The notes below the pieces were generated by a model. The model did no database searches. It was not told the DNA's origin and was given only the letters and a program-made list of their open reading frames with translations. A DNA stretch of 64,000 nucleotides, from contig OZ024740.1 in NCBI GenBank assembly GCA_964016885.1, positions 66,402,001 to 66,466,000 of the forward strand. The letters are read 5' to 3'. A program made the position numbers and the translations under genes. Below, one piece after another: positions 22,641-34,548 of this stretch. The DNA comes from Eledone cirrhosa (taxonomy: Eukaryota). Each line of letters opens with the position of its first letter. The first letter of the stretch is position 1.

Positions 22641-25600
22641 TGCATTTATCTTGCTTTATGTTCATACGAGTTATCACCAAGTCACAACCAGTGACCTCAA
22701 GAGACAGCAAGGTCCGCCATGTTCAAGAAAGAACATACATACTCACACATGCATCTTTAGTGTTTAGACTTATGATGTACTTATATTGACAGAATCTTCC
22801 TTAGTATATGGGCAGTTCCCATTAGTACTAACTTTTGTATTTCTCCTATACGCGGGTTTCCTGGGATTTGCGATAAGTAATCATTTGACCCCTTAGGTAT
22901 CATTCCCAGAGCGCCTACAACCACTGGTATTGTTTTAGTTCTCAATTTCCACATTTTTCCAATTTCTATCTCCAGGTCCTTATACTTGCTCAATTTTTCA
23001 AATGTTTTTATAGATACATTCTTGTCTATTGGAACAGACATATCAATTAGCAGGCATACCCTCTTTTTAAAGTCCTTCAATATTATATCAGGTCTATTTG
23101 CATCTATTTTTCGATCTGTTTGGATGCTAGAGTTCCACAAGATTGAGATGTGATATTTTTCAAGTATGGGATGTGGTTGATGCTCCCACCAATTCTCTTG
23201 ATGGGGCAGGTCAAAATGCTTACACATTATCCAATGTATGTATTGTGCAGCTGTCATGCCTGTTTAGGTATTCGGTTGGAGCTATAGGACTGCACATTGA
23301 AATTATATGGTCAATGGTCTCTGGTTGTTTTTTGCATACACGGCATAATGGGCTGCATCCATTTTTTATTATGTTGGCTTGGTAATTTTTTGTTGGCAGA
23401 CACTGAACTTTTGCTGATATAATCTGTCCTTCAGTCTCCGATTTCAGTCCAGAGGATGCCAACCACTGATAGGTTAAAGTTTTGTCAAAATCAGGATTGT
23501 TAGCTCGCTCTGGGTATTTTCCATACAGAGGCTTTTCTTGCCATTTCTTAGCCAGTTTCTGTAGCAGTTCTTTCTTTGCAGTTACTTTTACCTGCTTTGC
23601 TTTTTCTGTGTTTTCCATTTCAGCAGTAAATGGGACTTCTGAAATTTGTAGTCAATTACTGTATCTTTGTGCATCTTTTGTAATGGAATATGATCTTTTG
23701 ATGCTTTCGTGTTTCAAAACGAGTTTGATCATCCAATCATGTGATTCCCTTAGATATCTAGATAATCCAATTGTTGTAGTTTTCAACACAATGTCTAACT
23801 GAATTAACCCACGTCCTCCTTCTTTCCTAGGGAGATGTATTCTATCTATATCTGCCTTAGGGTGATGCATTCTGTGCATGGTTAAGAATTTTCGAATTTT
23901 TGTATCGAGCCTACGGATCTCTGTGCTTGAACAGTTGATGACATTGTAACTGTAGGTTACTACTGGTATGGCAAGCGTGTTTATGGCATCGATCCTATTC
24001 CCTGCATTCAATTCCGTTCTTAAGATTGGTCTTACTCTGCGGTAACATTCCTTCCTTATCCTTTCCCTCATTGTCGAGTGCTTGATTCCGTCTCCTTCAC
24101 AAACACCTAGATATTTGTAAGTTTTTTCTTGATCAAGTTCTCTTATCACGTTCCCCCGATCAAGATTAATGTCTGAACGCTTCAGCAGCTTTCCTCTGGT
24201 GAACGTTGGTTTGGCGCATTTATCTAGTCCAAACTCCATTTTAATGTCATCACTGAACTGCTCCACAGTGGATAATAGCCCTTGCAATTGTTCATCATTT
24301 TTTTGCAAATAGTTTCAGGTCATCCATGTAGAACAAGTGATTAATGGTTTTGTCATAGACTTTATATCCATGTTTTGTTTCATTGAGCATTTTACTTAAT
24401 GGTATAAGTGCGATGCAGAATAAAAGCGGTGATAAAGAGTCACCCTGAAAAATTCCACAATTAATATTAACTTCTTCAGCTTCCAGTAATTTTGTTTCAC
24501 TATTCAAAAGGAGTGTCGTTTTCCATGTCTTCATACTGAATGGCAATAACCTGCTGACAACGGGGGACATTTTGAAAATCTTTAAACATTTTTCAATCCA
24601 ACTGTGTGGCAAACTATCGAATGCTTTTTTATAATCTATCCAAGCAATTGATAGATTTTTGTGTCTATTATGACAATCTTCCAGTATCATTTTGTTAACC
24701 AAAAGCTGATCCTTATATGAGCCTCGTTTACACCCTTTCTGCTCAATGTGAAATAGGTCATTTGTCATCAGATGGTCATATGTGTATTCAGTTAGGACTG
24801 ATGTTAAGATTTTCTACATTGTGGTCAAGCAAGTTATCGGTCTGTAATTTTTGGGATTGTTTGTCTCATCATTCTTCGGAAGCAGGAATGTAATGCCGTT
24901 AACTAGCCATGATGGTATCGTTTCTGGCTCCTTAAATATTTCATTGTAAAGTTGGGCTAACAGCTCATGAGACTCTGTGAAGGCATTTATCCAAAAATGT
25001 TGTATTTTGTCTTTTCCTGGGGATTTCCATTTGCTGGTTTTTCTTAGAGCCAAGCGCAACTGTTCAACTGTTATATTTTTCCATATTTGTTCTTCAAGGT
25101 CAGTTGTATCTTTCATTTGTCTGTCTATCCATGGGGCCTGTATGTTATGAACTTTTTCTTCGGCACAGATCTTTTCCCAGAATTCTTGCACTTCCTCCAT
25201 GGGTGGTATGATTTAGCAGTTATTGTTGACTTACCAATTTTTCTGTAGAAGTTTCTTTGGTTGTTTTTGAACATATTGTCCTTATAGAATCTAGAACGTT
25301 TTTCAAAGCGCCTTATACGAGCAGCTTTGGCCGACACTTTTTGCTTGATTATTTCCTTCAGCATGTCTATGTCACTTGTTGATTTTATACTGTACTTTCT
25401 TTTCAATTTTCTAAGTTTAGTTTGTTTAACATATTCACCTACTTTATAGTTTGTTAACATTTCTATGTCAGATCGGAGAAGGTTTATTTGGCGATTGATG
25501 TTCTCTTGCCAAGTAGATTTCTTGTGGGAATTCCTTTGTTTTTTCATCTTCACTCCGCATACGTGAGTCGCGACTTTAGCCGATGCATAATAGAGATGAT

Positions 25601-26590
25601 TTAAATCAGTAATGTTTAGTTTGTTTGTGATGATAATGTTTTTGAGAATTATATTAGTCTTGTGTATTATCTTTTGGTTCTGTTTGGAGTTCTGGATCTT
25701 AGGGAGGGTGTCTCGTTGCCCCATGTCAGATTCTTTCATTTTCATCCATTCGATCATAATTTCATCCTTCAAGTTGGCAAGTTCATTCTCATTCATTTCT
25801 TTATCATTTACGATCTCATTATTTTCATTTGGAGTTTCATCTTGAGCATGCACTCCCTCCACTTTTTCGATCCTTTCTTTAATTTGTTCTGTTGCCAGTG
25901 ATTCCGCCCCAAACCTGGGATTCGAAGTGTTACATTTTACCTCGTTTTCACTGACACATGTTTCATTTTCCCTTCGCTGACTTTGTGCTAATAGCTTGAT
26001 CTGATCAATTTCTATATCAGTTAGTAACTTTTTTTTTACAATATTTCTTCGTATATTGGCTAGTTTGTTACTGTCAATATAGCCTCTGTTTTCGGGATGT
26101 TTTTTTTTCAGTTGATATATGTCTGTTCTGTATTCGATGTATTTGATGGGTAGTACATGGCAGTGTAGAAAGCCTCAAGGACTTCTTTATTATCTTCCCT
26201 TGACCATTTTCTCTCTTTTTCTTTGGATTTGATGGTGGTGAGCATGGAGGGCCAACAGTAAGAGTATTCCGGTTATGGGAGGTCTCCAGCTCCGAAGTGA
26301 TGGGAAGGTTTGAACCATTAGCTGATTTTTCGACCCCAGTCTGGTTCCTCTCTGATGGACGCGGCCCTTTTTTACCCGGGTGACGGCCGATCCGGTATGA
26401 GATTTTATCATTAGACATTTACTGTATTTTGTCGCGTTTTATCCTTATCCGCCAAGGGGTAATCATTTCGTGTTACCACTTCTTGAAGGAGTGTCAACCA
26501 AGACTAGAGGGGTCGTTCTCCCCTAGAGACACGGCTATTCCCCGCCGGCCGCCATCCCGGTATCTCTTGGTCACGGGGTTTTCTTTTTGT
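22641..26590 (-). mobile_element. R4/Dong-like RLE retrotransposon, family B, full-length degenerate copy
   Basis: N-terminal RKWSREDNKEVLEAFY, RT (NYRPITCL, WIDYKKAFDS, GIFQGDSLSP, FYMDD), CRVC-X8-H-X4-C, RLE; 3' end in ATT tract. Confidence 0.9.
22781..26418 (-). pseudogene. Dong-like family B polyprotein, fragmented
   Basis: Collinear ORFs 26074-26418, 25125-25862, 24814-25200, 24295-24768, 23652-24308, 23220-23618 and 22781-23257. Confidence 0.88.
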
Positions 26591-26849
26591 TGTTTTTTTA
26601 AATTGTTATTATCATGAGTGGTTCCTTAATGTGAGCATTGCGTGGCTTAAGAATGAAATTATTAATAATTGTCTCCACTCCAGGCACAAGGCCAGCAATC
26701 ACCCAGTGCATTACAATAATATAATATACTTTTTGTTGAAGTTGCCTGTTATTGGTGTTGGCTATGTCGGTGGTGGTGCTGGGGCTTTTTATATTGTTGG
26801 TGAGGAAGGGGGGAGCCAGCAGTGCCATAGTTGTTGACGTTTGGCCGGT

Positions 26850-27650
26850 GGCCAGGTCACTAAGTCAATCTATTTATATCTGTTGCTAGCCTCTCCCTTG
26901 TCTAGTGATACCGCCACCTTCCCCTTTCTTAAGTTAACAGGGGAATAGTGGTGGTAGCAATGAAGGAGTGGTGGCGGCGGTGATGGGATAGTGGTAGCAA
27001 TGATGGATGGAGTGGTGGCGGCGGTGGCGTTGTCGTTACTGAGTTTTGTTGAATGGACTAGTTTTTTTGATATGTAGTATATATGCGTTTGTGCCGCGTA
27101 TGTTTAATATATGTGTTGAATAGACTAGTTTTGTTTGATCTGTAGTATCCATGCGTTTGTGTCGCGTATGTTTAATATATGTGTTGACATATTCCCGTAA
27201 TATTGGAATTAAACATTTTGTTAAAACTTGAGACAATAATAATAATAATTATTATTATTATGCTGGGATTGATGGTGGTGGTGGTGGTGGTGAAATTGCC
27301 GTTATCTGGCTGTTATATTTAGTGTACACAGCGAGGTGATGGGGTAGGTGGTGTATCAAGGTCCTGGTGTTGGTGAAATTGCTGTTATTTGGCTGTTCTA
27401 TATAGTGTAGACAGAGGGGGTTTTCTTCCATTTATAACCATTTTCTTTTTTGAATATAAAATATATAATACAACATTGAATATTTGAGCGATATAACAAT
27501 ATATTATGGATCCGAAATTTTATGAGACTTGATTCGGTGGTTTATGCATAATTTGGACTAAGAATTGTTATTTCACAATTGATTTAAATATGTTAAAAAT
27601 CAAAAACTTACGGGAGCGATTTCATGACCTTCTACCACCACGTGCGTCTT
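26850..27650 (-). other. Leader upstream of Dong-B: one diverged monomer plus the shared terminal segment
   Basis: GGCCAGGTCACTAAGTCAATCTATTTAT resembles the monomer anchor; 27180-27650 matches 21120-21608. Confidence 0.75.
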
Positions 27651-27669
27651 CTTCCCTTATCTTCTTCTT

Positions 27670-27753
<84 letters not shown>
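27648..27753 (+). repeat. (CTT)n-(ATT)n compound microsatellite
   Basis: Directly visible. Confidence 0.95.
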
Positions 27754-27754
<1 letters not shown>

Positions 27755-29833
27755 TTTGAGTCTCAGTCATTGATGTTAGTTAACTGGAAAGTTTGTTGAA
27801 ATGAATATCAAGCCACTACCTGCAGCCTCAGATATTCGGGACGTATCGGAGGGTTCTTGCTGTTCCCAGCAAGCATGCCTTTTGAAGCGTTCAAAAAAGC
27901 GTGAAGGGGCCAATTTCTTTAACCATCCCTGGAAACCTTTTGAGATATTCCCTAGTGCGCCTATGACAATCGGGATCACTTTAACTTCATGGCAGTTCCA
28001 AATCCTTTTTACCTCCCACTTTAAGTCCCGGTATCGGTTAATTTTCCCCCTCTCCTTCTCTTGCACTCTTGTGTCGAATGGGCAGGCCACATCCACAATC
28101 AGGCACGATCTTTTTTCTTTGTCCACACCCACCAGGTCAGGTCTATTGTGTTCCAGTTTCTTGTCCGTCTGTATCCTAAAATCCCACAGCGCCTTCACCT
28201 GATCGTTTTCTATCACCCACTCTGGCTTATGCTCATACCACTTCTCAGAATGTGGTAAATTGTTTACTTTGCATAGGTGCCAGTGGATCACCCTGCCCAT
28301 CACATCATGTCTCAAGCGCTTATAGTGAGTCTGGGCTAGGTGTTTACACTCGGATACAATGTGAGCCACAGTCTCCTCTCTCCACAGATCCTGCACAGTA
28401 GGCTAGATTCCTCCTTGTAAATATGGTGTTTCAACCACTTCGTTTTGAGGGCCTACTCCTGCGCAGCCATTAACATTCCTTCTGTACCCTTTTTAAGGTA
28501 TCCTCTTTTCAACCAGTTCCATGTCTGTGGATCTCTAAATTCAGTTTTCTCAAAGAAGGTACTATGAAGGGATTTTTCCTGAAGGCTGCTCTTTCTCCTT
28601 GATGTTATTTCCTCCTTGGACATCCCCTGGTCTATTGTCCCCTCCTTCAGTACATTTCTGAGCATTGGCTCCTTACTATCAGTCACGTATTTGTGTAGGT
28701 TGTTTTTCTCCATCTGAACACAGTCCTCTATGCTGATAAGACCTCTTACATCTTCAGATCTCCTTAAGTAGAGTCTATCGACATCACTCCTCTTCTGGAT
28801 CATGTTGTAGATAGTCATTAGCTTCCTAGTCGTCCTATCCATTTCTTTTTGTTCAGCAACATTCCATCTCAGAATTCCCGCTTTGTACCTAATAATAGAC
28901 ACAGCTCGGGAATTTACTGCACTTATGGCATTCCTCCTGTTCAGATGTGACTTTAATACGCTCCTTACTCTCCGAATGTATTCAGTTCTTATCAATTCCT
29001 TCATTTTTTTGTTCTTGATGTCATCAGCCTCCAGAATACCCAAATACTTGTATCCTTCTTCAGAGTCAATTTCCTTTATCATCTCACCTGTTGGTACCTG
29101 GATTCCGTTACTTCTGCTCAATTTATCCATCTTCATCACAATGACTCCACACTTACTAATACCAAATTGCATACATATAAAATACGGACAGTGTCAACAA
29201 GCACATCCAACTCCTTCTCACAATGCCGAAGAGCTTAAGATCGTCCATGAAGAGGAGGTGATTGATGGTAAGCCCTCCCTTTCCCAACCTGTATCCTGCT
29301 CTCACTTTTCGCAGTACACTGGTCAGGGGCATCAGGGCAAGGACAAACACCAGAAGGGACGGACTATCTCCCTGGAAGATACCTCTCTTGAACTTCACAC
29401 TTCCCAAGGATTCTCTAGTTGATGTTAACTCTGTTTCCCAGGACTTCATACTTTTGCCCAACAACTGTCTGATGTTATCTGCCACCTTGAAGATCTCCAG
29501 GCTTTTGGTGATACAACAATGAGGCACCATCTCAAATGCCTTTTTGTAGTCTATCCATCCCATGGCAAGACTAGTGTGTCTCCTCTTGCAATTCCTCATT
29601 ACCATCTTATCAATAAGTAACTGGACCTTTGTACCACGTGACTTCTTTCGGCATCCTTTCTGTTCGTCCAGTAACAAATTGTTCGTGTGGAGGTGATGGT
29701 AGATTTCCTCAGACATAATGCTTGTCAACAGTTTCAAAATTACGGACAGACATGTGATAGGTCTATAGTTGGTAACATCATTACTCTTGATTCGGTCTTT
29801 CGTTATCAGAACTGTGGTACTTTTTGTCTACCA
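27754..29833 (-). mobile_element. Dong-like family A, 5'-truncated (RT 3' half to RLE)
   Basis: ORFs 29156-29737 (LFMDD), 28453-29172 and 27776-28396 (HNRPDLV). Confidence 0.9.
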
Positions 29834-29859
29834 TAATTATTATTATTGTTGTAATTACT

Positions 29860-31874
29860 CTTTGTGTCTCAGTCATTGATGTTAGTTAACTGAAAAGTTT
29901 GTTGAAATGAATATCAAGCCACTACCTGCAGCCTCAGATATTCAGGACGTATCGGAGGGTTCTTGCCGTTCCCAGCAAGCATGCCTTTTGAAGCGTTCCA
30001 AAAAGCGTGAAGCGGCCAATTTTCTTCAACCATCCATGGAAACTTTTTGAGATATTCCCTAGTGCGCCTATGACAATCGGGATCACTTTGAATTCATGGC
30101 AGTTCAAAATCATTTTACCTCCCATTCTAAGTACTGGTATCGGTTAATTTTCTCCTTCTCCTTCTCTTGCGCTCTCGTGTCTAATGGGCAGGCCACATCC
30201 ACAATCAGGCACGATCTTTTTTCTTTGTCCACACCCACCAGGTCAGGTCTATTGTGTTCCAGTTTCTTGTCCGTCTGTATCCTAAAATCCCACAGCACCT
30301 TCACCTAATCGTTTTCTATCACCCACTCTGGCTTAATGCTCATACCACTTCTCAGATTGTGGTAAATTGTTTACTTTGCATAGGTGCCAGTGGATCACCC
30401 TGCCCATCACATCATGTCTCAAGCCCTTATAGTGAGTCTGGGCTAGGTGTTTACACTCGGATACAATGTGAGCCACAGTCTCCTCTTTCTCTCCACAGAT
30501 CCTGCACAGTGGGTTAGATTCCTCCTTGTAAATATGGTGTTTCAACCACTTCGTTTTGAGGGCCTGCTCTTGCGCAGCCATTAGCATTCCTTCTATACCC
30601 TTTTTAAGGTATCCTCTTTTCAACCAGATCCATGTCTGTGGATCTCTAAATTCAGTTTTCTCAAAGGAGGTACTATGAATGGATTTTTCCTGAAGGTTGC
30701 TCTTTCTCCTTGATGTTATTTCCTCCTTGGACATCCCCTGGCCTATTGTCCCCTCCTTCAGTACATTTCTGAGCATTGGCTCCTTACTATCAGTCACGTA
30801 TTTGTGTAGGTTGTTTTTCTCCATCTGAACACAGTCCTCTATGCTGATAAGACCTCTTACATCATCAGATCTCCTTAAGTAGAGTCTATCGACATCACTC
30901 CTCTTCTGGAACATGTTATAGATAGTCATTAGCTTCCTAGTCTTCCTATCCATTTATTTTTGTTCAGCAACATTCCATCTCAGAATTCCCGCACTGTACC
31001 TAATAATAGACACAGCTCGGGAATTTACTGCACTTATGGTATTCCTCCTGTTCAGATGTGACTTTAATACGCCCCTTACTCTCCGAATGTATTCAGTTCT
31101 TATCAATTCCTTCATTTTTTTGTTCTTGATGTCATCAGCCTCCAGAATACCCAAATACTTGTATCCTTCTTCAGAGTCAATTTCCTTTATCATCTCACCT
31201 GTTGGTACCTGGATTTCGTTACTTCTGCTCAACTTACCCCTCCTCATCTCAATGACTCCACACTTACTAATACCAAATTGCATACATATATCATTGCTGA
31301 AAATACGGACAGTGTCAACAAGCACATCCAACTCCTTCTCACAATGCCGAAGAGCTTACGATTGTCCATAAAGAGGAGGTGATTGATGGTAAGCCCTCCC
31401 TTTCCCAACCTGTATCCTGCTCTCAATTTTCGCAGTACACTGGTCAGGGGCATCAGGGCAAGGACAAACAACAGAGGGGACAGACTATCTCCCTGGATGA
31501 TATCTCTCTTGATGATCACGCTTTCCAATGATTCTCCAGTTGATGTTAACTCTGCTTCCCATGACTTCATACTTTTGCCCAACAACTGTCTGATGTTATC
31601 AGCCACCTTGAAGATCTCCAGGCTTTTGGTGATCCAAGAATGAGGCACAATGTCAAATGCCTTTTCGTAGTCTATCCATCCCATGGCAAGACAAGTGTGT
31701 CTCCTCTTGCAACTCCTCATTACCATCTTATCAATAAGTAGCTGGTCCTTTGTACCACGTGACTTCTTTCGGCATCCTTTCTCTTCGTCCGGCAACAAGT
31801 TGTTTGTGTGGAGGTGATGGTAGATTTCCTCAGACATAATGCTTGTCAACAGTTTCCACATTACGGACAGACAT
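29860..31874 (-). mobile_element. Dong-like family A, 5'-truncated
   Basis: ORFs 31244-31861, 30954-31331, 30333-30953 (CRIC...H...C), 30110-30304 and 29934-30125. Confidence 0.9.
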
Positions 31875-31893
31875 TATTATTATTATTATTATT

Positions 31894-32259
31894 ATTTGAA
31901 AAGGAAAATCAGGGTAGAGAGGGAAGTGCTCTCTTCCCAGCATTTTGTTGAAAGGTGGGTGAGAGAAGCAAGTATGGCCCGAATGAATGGGCCTTCTCTG
32001 AGTATGTGTCTGTAAATTAAACGTGGAAAACTGGGAGAGGGCACTTGCTCTGGTGGTCAGGGTCACTGTGGTCTTTTAATGGGCTTTCTCCACAAATGTC
32101 CCTCGGAAGTCTCCCCCCTATTGGGCAATTTTTCTTTGTTATTTTATTATATTCTCTGTTTTTTTTTACACGCAGAAATGCCCATTTGTACCGTCCTGTA
32201 TTGTCCTGTACTGTCCTTAATGTCTACTTGATGTAAACCCTTGTGGTTAATAAAGAAAA

Positions 32260-32260
<1 letters not shown>
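31894..32260 (+). mobile_element. Tx1 copy D, ~370-bp 5'-truncated 3' end
   Basis: Matches 3722-4087; (ATT)n on both sides. Confidence 0.92.
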
Positions 32261-32290
<30 letters not shown>

Positions 32291-32500
32291 GGCGACCTAC
32301 GTAGGAAATCGTATTATCGTGAGCTCCGCAAAGGTTTGTTATTTCCGTTTGTTTAAAAATTGCCATTTATGGAAAATGTTATTGTAAACTGTTTATAAGC
32401 ACACATACATTGTTTTCCGAAAAGGACACCCAAAAAGATTGGGGCCTTGTGCCCAAAATTTTAACTTTTATTATTATCCAAAAATTTCTTTGAAAAAAAA

Positions 32501-34514
32501 ATGGCTAATTCCCCTCTGCACGAAGCAGCTGAAAGCCTTCCTCACAAAATAACACCTCACACCGACACCACCATTGTAAATGTTACTACGTTTGCCAGCA
32601 CAAAAAAAAATATAAGCACTAGCAATATTTTAAATTTGTCTCAGGCAGACATTCATTTCGCGCCATTACCAATGACTGCAGGTGTTAAACCCTCCACCAC
32701 CACCACCACCGCGACAACCACCACCACCACCACCACCGCGACAACAGAAACAAAAGAAGAAAAAAATAAATTAACTCGTGACGTCGAAATGAAATCAAGC
32801 AAAATGGACTCTTCCCCACCAAAGACGACTGACGTAACCACCACCACAACTGAAAATAAAATTAATATCAACGATAGCAACAACAACAACAATGACATTA
32901 TAAAACCGACCCTCAGTTTCGCCATCGTAGCAAAACAATTCGAAGCGTTCACGGTAACTCAAGAAGATTTAGAAAATGCCAAACAAATGGTAAAGAAAGA
33001 TGGGTACAGGGTCAGCCTCACCCCCCCACCTAATAAAATGGAGCATCGGCGCCTGTGCACCGTGTCGTATAGAACAATAAATGTAAAATCGCGCCGAGTT
33101 GAACGGGCATCCGAGTCCCAAATCCAAAAAGCTTTGGGACATGTGTGGGCAAGAAAAAAAAAAAAAAAAAAAAAAAAAAACCCACATCAGACGTGGGCAA
33201 AAGTATGGAACCGTGGATGTGTTCTTTGAAACACCAGAGGAGGCTAGAGAACACTCCATGGCCCCATTAAAAAGTGACGACTTCACACTCGTCCCAAGCT
33301 ATTGTGGCGAGAGACTCGTAAAGATCAGGGTGACCCACGTTCCACCGGCCATCGAAATTCCCTGGCTAATAGCGGCTGTCATCGCCGGCATCGAGGCCAA
33401 CACGAAAATAATAACAATAGCAAAAGAAAAGCAGGAAAACTGGTCCGGATCTGGGATGGAGCTCCTGATCCAAGCGGACCAAAAAAGCATTGAGGAGATC
33501 CCAGAGGTAATAGACCTCACTGACGGCAGCCACCTCACGGTAATTGTCGAGGGCAGAAGACCTAGGTGTGTCGTTTGTGGCGAAGGAACCCACCTAAGGG
33601 CTTTCTGCCCTCAGGCTAAAAGGTTGAGGCCACCTCTCCTACCCACCCCAGTGACACAACCATCAACACCACCAGTAGCAGAGATGCCAGCAACAACTGT
33701 AGCAGCAACAACAGAAGCAACTATAACAGCACCAACCCCAGCAACAGTAGCAAAACCAAAACCACTACCACCACCAGCAAAACCAACACCACCACCACCA
33801 CCACCCAACGCTTCAGAACTAGCACCAGCGCCTACACCATCCACCACACCACAACCAAAACTAACGGCTGTGGAGGATTTTCCACTCCCCGGCCTATCAC
33901 AACTGGAGACAGATTGTGACGACGAGGAGTGGGAAACGATATCCGGAAAAAAAAAAAGAAACCAAAAAAGAAAAAATTCTCTTCCTTTCTCCTCCAAAAA
34001 CAAAATACAGAGGGAAACAAATAAACTAAGAAACAAAAAAGTTAGGACAGATATGCCACCATCCACACCAGCATCACCAACCCCATCAACCCAAACACCA
34101 ACACCATCACCATCATTAACTCCAACACCACCATCACCTACACCACAAAAGTCACCAAAAAGCGAAACAGAAACAAACCCACAACAAACGCAAACAAAAC
34201 AAAACAACCAAAACGATACACACTACACAGCATTAAATTTGAACAACAAGCAATTATTACACTACATCCAACACAACACCAGCATCACAGAAAAAGACTA
34301 CACAACAACCCCAAAATTCACACCACCTCCACACATACAAATCACTCGCATCACACAGAAAACGTACATGACACTAAAACAAAAATTCCCCAAAGACATC
34401 GGAGACTTCCGACAAGCACTCTCCAGGAGGATTTATAAGGACATCCTTCCTGAGGAGGCCACAAGCAGTGAAAAGGATGGAAAAGCCGTCCTTCCCCTAC
34501 GAGAAGTAAGGTAA
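32501..34514 (+). pseudogene. Tx1 ORF1, copy E (about 663 aa if the poly-A expansion is removed)
   Basis: MANSPLHE...LREVR*; single frameshift from the A-run expansion at 33154-33180; CX2CX4HX4C knuckle. Confidence 0.88.
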
Positions 34515-34548
34515 GTGGTCTTTCCCATCTTTTCCACTCCTTTTCAAC

